A stretch of DNA of 64,000 nt, from assembly GCA_049510745.1 (NCBI GenBank), contig JBEKYR010000004.1, positions 96,001-160,000 on the forward strand. Reading direction: 5' to 3'. How positions within the stretch are numbered: the stretch's first letter is position 1; each line of letters opens with the position of its first letter. Under the pieces are notes generated by a model. It was not told the origin of the DNA. It worked only from the letters and a program-made list of their open reading frames with translations, and ran no database searches. Made by a program: the position numbers and the translations under genes. This DNA comes from Verrucomicrobiota bacterium. Lineage in GTDB: Bacteria > Verrucomicrobiota > Verrucomicrobiia > Limisphaerales > Palsa-1400. Positions 29,659 through 37,453 of this stretch are shown here, piece after piece.

Positions 29659-31416
29659 ATGCTCGCGGACGGATCGGGCCGCATCACCGACGCTCTCAGG
29701 CATGCGCGCTTCGGCGGTGCGTCGGCGGTCTTCGCACTGAACCTTCTGATTGGCCTGCAAGTTGGCGCTGCGTCCGACGAAATGCCGACCGTGCGCTTCA
29801 CGGACATCACGAAGGAAGCCGGCATCACGTTCGTTCATGTAAACGGCGCTTATGGCGAAAAGCTGTTGCCGGAAACGATGGGCGGCGGTGTGGCCTTCTT
29901 TGATTTCGATGGCGATGGCAATCAAGATTTGTTGTTTATCAATTCCTGTTACTGGCCGTGGCAAACGCCCGAAGGCAAGCCGCCGCCCACGATGGCGCTT
30001 TATCACAACGATGGCCACGGTCACTTCACCGATGTGACGAAAGGTTCGGGGCTGGACGTGAGTTTTTACGGCATGGGTGTGGCTATTGGAGATTACGACA
30101 ACGACGGTCTGGACGACGTGTTCATCACCGCCGTCGGCGGCAATCATTTGTTTCACAACGAAGGCCACGGGAAATTTCGTGATGTTACCAGGGAAGCCGG
30201 ACTTGCGGGTTCCACCGGAGATTGGAGCACCGGCGCGGCCTTTGTGGACTACGACAACGATGGAAAGCTCGATCTCTTCGTCTGCAATTACGTCCAATGG
30301 TCTCCGGAAATTGATCACGCCGCCACGTTTGTTTACCCAAAAATCGGACGGGCTTACGGTCCGCCCCGCAATTTCGCCGGCACCTTTCCCAAGCTTTATC
30401 ACAACGACGGCAACGGGCACTTCACCGATGTCTCGGCCGCAGCCGGCATCCAAATCAGAAGCCCGGTGACCGGCCTGCCGGTGGCGAAATCATTGGCTGT
30501 GGCACCGGTGGACGTGGACAACGACGGCTGGATTGATCTGATCGTCGCGAATGACACAGTGCAGAATTTCTTGTTTCACAACGAACACAATGGAACCTTC
30601 AAAGAAATCGGGGCGCGTTCCGGAATTGCCTATGATGCCTACGGCTTGACTCGCGGCGCGATGGGAATTGATGCCGCGCGTTTCCGGGATGATGACACAC
30701 TGGGCATCGCAATTGGGAATTTCGCCAACGAAATGAACGCGCTTTATGTGGCTCAGCGGGACGCCCTGGTGTTCGCCGACGAGGCCACCAAGGAAGGACT
30801 GGGTGAGCCCAGCCAAAAACTTTTGAAGTTCGGACTCTTTTTCTTCGATTACGATCTCGATGGGCGTCTCGACGTGCTCACCGTAAACGGACACCTGGAG
30901 CCTGACATCAGCCGTGCGCAGCCGGACCAGCAGTATCGGCAGCCAGCGCAATTGTTCTGGAACCGGGGCGACAGCCTGCGTTCGGGATTCGTGGTGGTTC
31001 CGCCGGAGAAATGTGGTAGTGATCTGCTCAAGCCGATCGTCGGACGCGGTTCGGCCTATGCCGATATTGATGGCGACGGCGATCTCGACGTGGTCATCAC
31101 GCAGATCGGAGGGCCGCCGTTGCTGTTGCGCAACGACCAAAATTTGGGGCACCACTGGATCCGTCTGAAACTGGTCGGGACGAAAAGCAATCGCGATGCG
31201 ATCGGCGCCTGGATCAAAGCGCGCGTCGGCGGCCGGACACTGTGGCGGCAGGTGATGCCTACGCGCGGTTACCTGTCCCAATCCGAACTCCCGGTGACAA
31301 TCGGCTTGGGCAATCTTGACAAGGTGGACAGTCTGGAAATCCATTGGCCCTCGGGCATAATCCAGAAGGTGACTCCGTTGATTGATCGCTTGACGACTGT
31401 GACCGAGATCCCATAA
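29659..31416 (+). CDS. CRTAC1-like FG-GAP/ASPIC-UnbV protein #1 (start uncertain)
   Basis: Repeated D.D.DG..DL motifs, ETMGGGVAFFDFD, GRG.A..D.D.DGD.D, SNRDAIGA, GYLSQS....GLG. Confidence 0.9.
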   Translation: MLADGSGRITDALRHARFGGASAVFALNLLIGLQVGAASDEMPTVRFTDITKEAGITFVHVNGAYGEKLLPETMGGGVAFFDFDGDGNQDLLFINSCYWPWQTPEGKPPPTMALYHNDGHGHFTDVTKGSGLDVSFYGMGVAIGDYDNDGLDDVFITAVGGNHLFHNEGHGKFRDVTREAGLAGSTGDWSTGAAFVDYDNDGKLDLFVCNYVQWSPEIDHAATFVYPKIGRAYGPPRNFAGTFPKLYHNDGNGHFTDVSAAAGIQIRSPVTGLPVAKSLAVAPVDVDNDGWIDLIVANDTVQNFLFHNEHNGTFKEIGARSGIAYDAYGLTRGAMGIDAARFRDDDTLGIAIGNFANEMNALYVAQRDALVFADEATKEGLGEPSQKLLKFGLFFFDYDLDGRLDVLTVNGHLEPDISRAQPDQQYRQPAQLFWNRGDSLRSGFVVVPPEKCGSDLLKPIVGRGSAYADIDGDGDLDVVITQIGGPPLLLRNDQNLGHHWIRLKLVGTKSNRDAIGAWIKARVGGRTLWRQVMPTRGYLSQSELPVTIGLGNLDKVDSLEIHWPSGIIQKVTPLIDRLTTVTEIP

Positions 31417-31439
31417 TGAAATTTTGCGGCTAATCGCTT

Positions 31440-32759
31440 ATGAACGACTACATCGAACGGGTGGTGAATCTGCTCGATCCTGCCCTGAACCGGATCCATA
31501 ACATGACGCTTGAGCAGGCCCAGCAGCGAGTCCTCTCAGGTCAACCCGGCGCTGTGCGGGAAATCGACGGCTCCTTTGCATTGGTTGCGCGCGAGGGCAA
31601 GACCGTTCGAATGGCGCGCTCGATGGACCGGCCGATGCGTTACTTTTTGGCCAAGCGCGCCGAAGGACCGGCGCTCATTGTCGCCGATCGGATCGATGCC
31701 CTATTCAACCAGCTCAGGGCGGAAGGGCTTGAAGGACAGTTCCATCCCAGCTACACGCGAATGGTGCCGGCGCATTATTTGGTTGAACTTCAGCTCATTG
31801 GATGTCCCGATCCCGATCCGATCTACACACGTTATTTTGCGCCGCAACGCGATTCGCTTTCGGCCGATCTGGATGAGATTGGCCGGAGGTACATCGGCGC
31901 GCTGGCGGATGAGATTGCAAAGTGGCTGAGGCGAATTCCGCCGATGGAACCGATCGGCGTCGCGTTCTCGGGCGGCGTGGACAGCGGCGCCGTTTTCCTC
32001 GTGACGTATCATGTCCTGCGGCAATTGGGAATGAGTCCGGGCCGGCTTAAAGCGTTTACCTTGAGTTTGGGCGAGGGGCCGGATTTGCAGCAGGCGCGCG
32101 ACTTTCTGGAACGGCTGGGCCTGGGCTTGTTTCTTGAACCGATCGAAGGCGATCTGGCGTCACTGGACATCACCGAGACGCTTCGCGTGATTGAAGATTA
32201 CAAACCGCTGGATGTGGAGTGCGCTTCGATGGGCCTTGCGCTGTGCGGCGGCGTCCGCGCGCGTTATCCGCAGTGGAAGCATCTCGTTGATGGCGACGGC
32301 GGAGACGAGAACTTGAAAGACTATCCCATCGAGGAAAATCCGGAGCTGACCATCCGCAGTGTAGTGAACAATTTGATGCTTTATCAGGAAGGCTGGGGTG
32401 TGGGCCGCATCAAACATTCACTCACTTACAGCGGCGGGTTGAGCCGGAGCTACTCCCGGACCTATGCCCCGGCCCGCCATTATGGCTTCGAAGGCTTCAG
32501 CCCGTTCACTCGTCCGAACGTCGTTGAAGTGGCGGAGGGCATTCCGTTTGCCGCCCTGACCGGGATGTCGGTGGAAAAGCTTTATGCGCTGAAAGGTGAA
32601 ATCGTCGCGCGCGGCGTCAAGGCCGTCACCGGTCTCGATTTCCCGGTATTTCCCAAGCGCCGATTCCAGCACGGCGCCGTTGACATGGAACGCCTGCGAC
32701 AACACGCTTCCGGCCGGGAATCCGAATACCGAAAGAGCTTCCTGGCGCTTTATAATTAA
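31440..32759 (+). CDS. Asparagine synthetase-like ATP-dependent amide ligase (no N-terminal Cys)
   Basis: IDGSFA...AR relic of the Ntn domain; PP-loop FSGGVDS; DGDGGDE; SPF; K..FQHG. Confidence 0.85.
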   Translation: MNDYIERVVNLLDPALNRIHNMTLEQAQQRVLSGQPGAVREIDGSFALVAREGKTVRMARSMDRPMRYFLAKRAEGPALIVADRIDALFNQLRAEGLEGQFHPSYTRMVPAHYLVELQLIGCPDPDPIYTRYFAPQRDSLSADLDEIGRRYIGALADEIAKWLRRIPPMEPIGVAFSGGVDSGAVFLVTYHVLRQLGMSPGRLKAFTLSLGEGPDLQQARDFLERLGLGLFLEPIEGDLASLDITETLRVIEDYKPLDVECASMGLALCGGVRARYPQWKHLVDGDGGDENLKDYPIEENPELTIRSVVNNLMLYQEGWGVGRIKHSLTYSGGLSRSYSRTYAPARHYGFEGFSPFTRPNVVEVAEGIPFAALTGMSVEKLYALKGEIVARGVKAVTGLDFPVFPKRRFQHGAVDMERLRQHASGRESEYRKSFLALYN

Positions 32760-32807
32760 GGCGGAAACATCCGGTTGAACGACGGATGATTTGGAAACGC
32801 CGCCTGG

Positions 32808-33767
32808 TCATTTGCCGCCGCACTCCGGACACTGGACCGCGAGCTCAGTTTGTTGTGACAGATTGACGGCGTGAATTCGTTGGCGCCGTTTTTCCAGGCA
32901 CGCCGGGCATTTTGAAAACCGGCGCAGGTCCCAAGTGTCGGCGAAGACCCGTCCGCTTCCTGCAATATTGAGAGCCAGCTCTTGAGCTTTTTCCAGGGTG
33001 GAAAGACGCGGCGGCGCGTACTCACCCGTCTCCATTAAGCGCTCCAGCGCGCCGTTTCCGGCCCGGGTCGGAATCAGCGAAACCACGTTCGCACCGCAGT
33101 GGAACGCGAACTCGGCGGATTTGACTGCCCAATCCAGCCCTTCTGTTTCGTCCATAAACGGCGGTTTCACGAGGACGAAGGCGCGGACGAAGATTGCGTT
33201 CTCGCGCAGGAATTCCGCCGCGCGAACAAAATGGTCCGGGGAAAATCTCTTGTTCAACCGGGGCAGCACTTGCGGATGCACCGTTTCCAACCCCAGCGCA
33301 ACTTCGAGCGAGCCGGGCAGCAAGTCGCGAAATCTCAGGGCCTTTTCCCCCACCAGTCGCGGGTGTGACTCAATCACGACGTGCTCCGCCGATGACACTG
33401 CCAGCGCAATCGCGGAATAATCCCCGGGCGGTATGGCGGCGGCGTCGAAAAAACTGCCGCTGTTGTACAGTTTGATCTGCTTCGGGCTGCCCTCCAGCCG
33501 CGACAGCGCGTAACGGATCTGTCCGGGAATCGCGCCGAGGGGAACGGTTTGGGTCGTTGTGTTCTTCCACAAATCGCACATCAAACAACGCCACGGGCAT
33601 TCCTTGTTCGTCAGCCAAATGACGCCCGAACTCACGATGCGCCCCGCGCGTGTCCGCTCCTGCTCGAGGAAAAAGCCGTGCGGCCTGAACGGATCGACGC
33701 GGTTGCGCTGCGGGCGAAGCGCGGTAATCCATGCAGTCTGCTCGCGGTCTGAAAAAACTGGATGCAT
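32808..33767 (-). CDS. Radical SAM enzyme, RaSEA/archaeal Elp3-like subfamily
   Basis: CPWRCLMC triad; KLYNSGSFFD, ESHP, EVALGLET, LVKPPF motifs; C-terminal CPAC...CPEC. Confidence 0.85.
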   Translation of the reverse strand: MHPVFSDREQTAWITALRPQRNRVDPFRPHGFFLEQERTRAGRIVSSGVIWLTNKECPWRCLMCDLWKNTTTQTVPLGAIPGQIRYALSRLEGSPKQIKLYNSGSFFDAAAIPPGDYSAIALAVSSAEHVVIESHPRLVGEKALRFRDLLPGSLEVALGLETVHPQVLPRLNKRFSPDHFVRAAEFLRENAIFVRAFVLVKPPFMDETEGLDWAVKSAEFAFHCGANVVSLIPTRAGNGALERLMETGEYAPPRLSTLEKAQELALNIAGSGRVFADTWDLRRFSKCPACLEKRRQRIHAVNLSQQTELAVQCPECGGK

Positions 33768-33870
33768 TGCCAAAGGACGGTGATTCTATCCGGCTCGGAA
33801 CCGTTTGAAAATGAGATTCGCCCGTGCCAGGGTTTTAGGGAAGCATCAGCCCCGATATCAGCGGTTGAAA

Positions 33871-33915
33871 TGTTCAAAATGCAAACCCGGAGGATTTGTT
33901 TTGCATATTTGAACA
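33871..33915. promoter_or_regulatory. AT-rich inverted repeat in the divergent radical SAM/lytS promoter
   Basis: TGTTCAAAATGCAAA ... TTTGCATATTTGAACA (one-base bulge). Confidence 0.55.
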
Positions 33916-33950
33916 GATGGCTTTTATCATAACGCCAGCCGGCCAGGAAC

Positions 33951-35039
33951 ATGAGAATCAACGAGACCCTGGGAAAACGCGGAATCCGATGGCTGTTGGG
34001 ATTCGTCTTTTGGACGTTCATCGGCCTGTCGTTTGCCTTTCAGTTTTATATTTCCAGCGCGAAGGCCGGTCTGGATGTGAGCTGGAGGCAGGCGGTCAGC
34101 TACGCGCTGGGCGATTGGTATGTTTTTGCCCTGTTGTCCATTCCGGTCACCTCGCTCGCGCGGCGGTTTCGTTTTGAATCCGGAACCCGGGTCAAAAGCG
34201 CCGCCGTGCATGTATCCGGCAGCATCGCGTTCTCGCTGGCGTACATGGTTTTGCGCGCCTGGGTTGGGAGATGGCAAAGCGGCGGCAGTTTCTCCGAGGC
34301 CTTCCGGCCGTTGCTGGTGAAGACCTGGCATTTCAACCTGTTGATCTACTGGGTCATTGTTGCAGTGAGTTTCGCTTTTGACTATTACCGCAAATACCGC
34401 GAACGCGAGTTAAGCGCGGCGGAACTGCAGAAACAACTCGCCCACGCGAAACTGCAGGCGCTGCAAATGCAACTGAACCCGCATTTCCTCTTCAACAGCC
34501 TCCACTCGATCTCCGCGCTGATGCACGAGGATGTCGAGCGGGCCGACAGCATGATTGCAAGGTTGAGCGACCTGTTGCGCGCCGCGCTCGACAGCTCTGA
34601 CACACTGGAAGTCCCCTTGCGCCAGGAGTTCGATCTGCTTGAACGATACCTCGCCATCGAACAGATTCGTTTCGGTGACCGGCTGGATGTGAAGATCGAT
34701 GCGCCCCCGGAAATCCTGGACGCGCAGGTGCCGAATCTGATCCTGCAACCGCTGGTCGAAAATGCGATCCGCCACGGCATCGAGCCGCGGGCAAAGCGGG
34801 GACGCGTTGAACTGCGCGCTCAACGGGCGGACGGCACCCTGACCTTGGAAGTGTCTGATAACGGGCCGGGATTGCCGTCCCGCGAACCGATCAACGAAGG
34901 CGTCGGCTTGTCCAACACGCGAACGCGATTGCGGACCCTTTACGGCGAGGCCCACAGTTTCGAGCTTCGCCAGTCGCCCGAAGGCGGACTGCTCGTCCGC
35001 CTGACCATTCCTTTTCGAACCGCGAACAAACCCTTATGA
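33951..35039 (+). CDS. LytS/YehU-family sensor histidine kinase
   Basis: N-terminal TM helices; QLNPHFLFNSL, LQPLVENAIRHG, V.DNGPG, GVGLSN.R.RL. Confidence 0.95.
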   Translation: MRINETLGKRGIRWLLGFVFWTFIGLSFAFQFYISSAKAGLDVSWRQAVSYALGDWYVFALLSIPVTSLARRFRFESGTRVKSAAVHVSGSIAFSLAYMVLRAWVGRWQSGGSFSEAFRPLLVKTWHFNLLIYWVIVAVSFAFDYYRKYRERELSAAELQKQLAHAKLQALQMQLNPHFLFNSLHSISALMHEDVERADSMIARLSDLLRAALDSSDTLEVPLRQEFDLLERYLAIEQIRFGDRLDVKIDAPPEILDAQVPNLILQPLVENAIRHGIEPRAKRGRVELRAQRADGTLTLEVSDNGPGLPSREPINEGVGLSNTRTRLRTLYGEAHSFELRQSPEGGLLVRLTIPFRTANKPL

Positions 35040-35794
35040 AGATCCGCACCCTCATCGTAGATGACGAATCGCTGGCGCGCAACCGGCTCCGCCAATTGCT
35101 CGAGAACCAACCGGACGTTGAGCTCGTTGGTGAATGCGCGGACGGCCGTGAGGCGGTGGCGACGATCCAGAAACTGAAACCAGACCTCATTTTTCTCGAC
35201 ATCCAAATGCCGGAACTGGACGGGTTCGGCGTGGTGCAAGAGATCGCCGCGGACTGCGCACCGGTCGTGGTGTTCGTGACGGCCCATGACAAATTCGCGT
35301 TGCGCGCTTTTGAGATCCATGCGGTGGATTACCTGTTGAAGCCATTCGATCGCGAGCGGTTTCAGAAAGCATTGCACCGCGCGGTCGAGCACGTAAAGCA
35401 TCACGGCGACGGCGAACTGATCGAGCGGCAGGCCGCTTTGATCGCCGAGCTGAAGTCCCCGAAGATCACCGACCGTCTGGCTGTGAAATCGGGCGGGCAC
35501 ATTGCCTGGTTGAAGCTTGAGGACGTGGACTGGATCAGCGCCGCCGACAATTATGCCGAGTTGCACGTTGGCCCGAAATCGCATTTGCTGCGCGAGACGC
35601 TGGCCAGCTTGGAAACAAGACTGGCGCCCGACAAGTTTGTCCGCATCAGCCGCTCCGTCATCGTCAATCTCGGGCGCATCAAAGAACTGAAGCGGTTGTT
35701 TTACGGTGGTTACGAACTGATGCTTCAGGACGGCACCAAGCTGACCTTGAGCCGGCGTTATCGGGATAAGTTGCGGCAACTGGGCATTGATTAA
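35036..35794 (+). CDS. LytTR-family response regulator
   Basis: IVDDE, FLDIQMP, FVTA, DYLLKP receiver domain; FVRISRS.IVN...L.LSRRY LytTR domain; 4-bp overlap with the kinase. Confidence 0.95.
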   Translation: MKIRTLIVDDESLARNRLRQLLENQPDVELVGECADGREAVATIQKLKPDLIFLDIQMPELDGFGVVQEIAADCAPVVVFVTAHDKFALRAFEIHAVDYLLKPFDRERFQKALHRAVEHVKHHGDGELIERQAALIAELKSPKITDRLAVKSGGHIAWLKLEDVDWISAADNYAELHVGPKSHLLRETLASLETRLAPDKFVRISRSVIVNLGRIKELKRLFYGGYELMLQDGTKLTLSRRYRDKLRQLGID

Positions 35795-35843
35795 GCCGTC
35801 TCTATCCCGAAGGAGCGGCGGGGAACACTGGACCTTCGGCGGA

Positions 35844-35909
35844 CCTTTTGTCCCCAAATCCGAACCGCTTATCCCAATGAACGTGTGTTCCTCTCCGCTG
35901 TTGTACATT
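35844..35909 (+). promoter_or_regulatory. Candidate LytTR boxes (21-bp period) plus -10 upstream of the porin operon
   Basis: CCTTTTGTCCC (35844) and CCGCTTATCCC (35865), then TACATT at 35904. Confidence 0.6.
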
Positions 35910-36026
35910 TCTTGTCCATCACACGACAATTTAAAGCTATCCGATATGATGAATCATGAATTTTGCATCGGTCTGCGTCTGCGGTTTGCCGTTCAACCAA
36001 AACGATCGGGGCCGCTCACCCGCCAA

Positions 36027-37436
36027 ATGAAAAAGAAACTCACGGTCGGGGCCATGCTCACGGCTGTCACCGGAACGCTCGTTGCGCAAGACAAACCGTT
36101 CCTCCAGGGGGGAACGGGGCAAATCCCTCCGCCTCCCGAGCCATCCGGGGTTGCCGAGTCTGCCGCCGGCGGGGGGATGGCGGCGCCCACTGCCGCGGCC
36201 AATCCTGTGGAAGAGCTTTTCAACGGCCGGGTTCCCGGCGCGTTGGCGCAGGGCGAGTTCAACCTCAACGTGCGCTTGCGTTATGAACAGGTGGATCAGG
36301 ATGGCACGCCTGGCATTGCCAAAAACTCGTATGCACCCACGTTGCGGACACGATTCGGCTACACCTCGGCGCCACTGGATGGATTTCAAGGCATGTTGGA
36401 AGCGGTGAATGTCTCCGTGCTGGGTCCGGAACACAATTACAACGCCGCCGGATCCAACGGCCAGGGCGCCCGTCCGTCCGTAGGTGACCCGCCGTTGACC
36501 CGGCTGGATCAGGCATGGCTGGCGTACGCGCACAGCAATTACTTCGGGATCAAAGTGGGCCAGCAGCAGATCAACCTGGACAACCAGCGTTTCATCGGCG
36601 ATGCGGGCTGGCGGCAGAACATGCAAACCTATGACGCGGCGAAGGTGCAAGGCTCGCCGGTCAAGGATCTCGACCTGGATTACTTCTATGTCTGGGACGT
36701 TCATCGCGTCTTCGGCGATGTGTCCGGCCTGCCTGCGGCTAACGGGGACTTTGACTCGCATTCGCACCTCATCAACGTCTCGTATTCGGGATGGGAATAT
36801 GGCCGGTTCGTCGGCTACGCCTATTTGCTGGACCTGCACAACGCCGCCGGAGACGCGAACTCCTGCGCCACTTACGGCGGCTACTTTGCCGGCGCCGCGC
36901 CCGTCAGTCAGAAAGTGACGATTGATTACCGCGCTGAGTTCGCCTGGCAGGATCAATACGCCGACAATCCGCAGAGATACAGTGCGGAATATTGCAACTT
37001 TGAACTCGGCGCCAACATCAAACCGGTGGCCTTGGGCGCAGGCTATGAGCTGCTGGGCAGCGGCGCCAACTCCGGCGCGGGCGGCGGACGAGTCGGCTTC
37101 AAAACTCCGCTGGCGAGCCCGCATCCATTCAACGGCTGGGCGGAGGTCTTCGTCACCCACCCGAACAACGGTTTGCAGGACATTTATGAATACGCACAAG
37201 TAACTTTGCCGGGGCAGATCCCGGTTCGTTTCCTCTATCACAAGTATGATGCCGACTGCGGCGGTGGCGACTACGGCCAGGAATTTGACGTGATGGCGTC
37301 CAAAAAATTCGGCAAATACTGGTCGGCCCTGGTTGAATGCGCCGATTATCTTGGTAAAAACGCAGCCGCGCCGGCGCTCCCCGCGGCGGGAGCGAACATT
37401 CAAAGATTCTGGGCCTCGGTGGAATTCAACTTTTAA
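36027..37436 (+). CDS. Outer-membrane beta-barrel (alginate export/AlgE-like family)
   Basis: Signal peptide; RLRYE, G.Q.INLDNQRFIG..GWRQN.QT.DA, F.TPLA..H.FNGWA; C-terminal Phe. Confidence 0.85.
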   Translation: MKKKLTVGAMLTAVTGTLVAQDKPFLQGGTGQIPPPPEPSGVAESAAGGGMAAPTAAANPVEELFNGRVPGALAQGEFNLNVRLRYEQVDQDGTPGIAKNSYAPTLRTRFGYTSAPLDGFQGMLEAVNVSVLGPEHNYNAAGSNGQGARPSVGDPPLTRLDQAWLAYAHSNYFGIKVGQQQINLDNQRFIGDAGWRQNMQTYDAAKVQGSPVKDLDLDYFYVWDVHRVFGDVSGLPAANGDFDSHSHLINVSYSGWEYGRFVGYAYLLDLHNAAGDANSCATYGGYFAGAAPVSQKVTIDYRAEFAWQDQYADNPQRYSAEYCNFELGANIKPVALGAGYELLGSGANSGAGGGRVGFKTPLASPHPFNGWAEVFVTHPNNGLQDIYEYAQVTLPGQIPVRFLYHKYDADCGGGDYGQEFDVMASKKFGKYWSALVECADYLGKNAAAPALPAAGANIQRFWASVEFNF

Positions 37437-37453
37437 CGTGACATCATGAATCC

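Noticed and set aside
31440..33767. Lasso peptide or other RiPP cluster
   Set aside because: No precursor peptide, PqqD/RRE, B2 protease or SPASM domain was found near the ligase and radical SAM.
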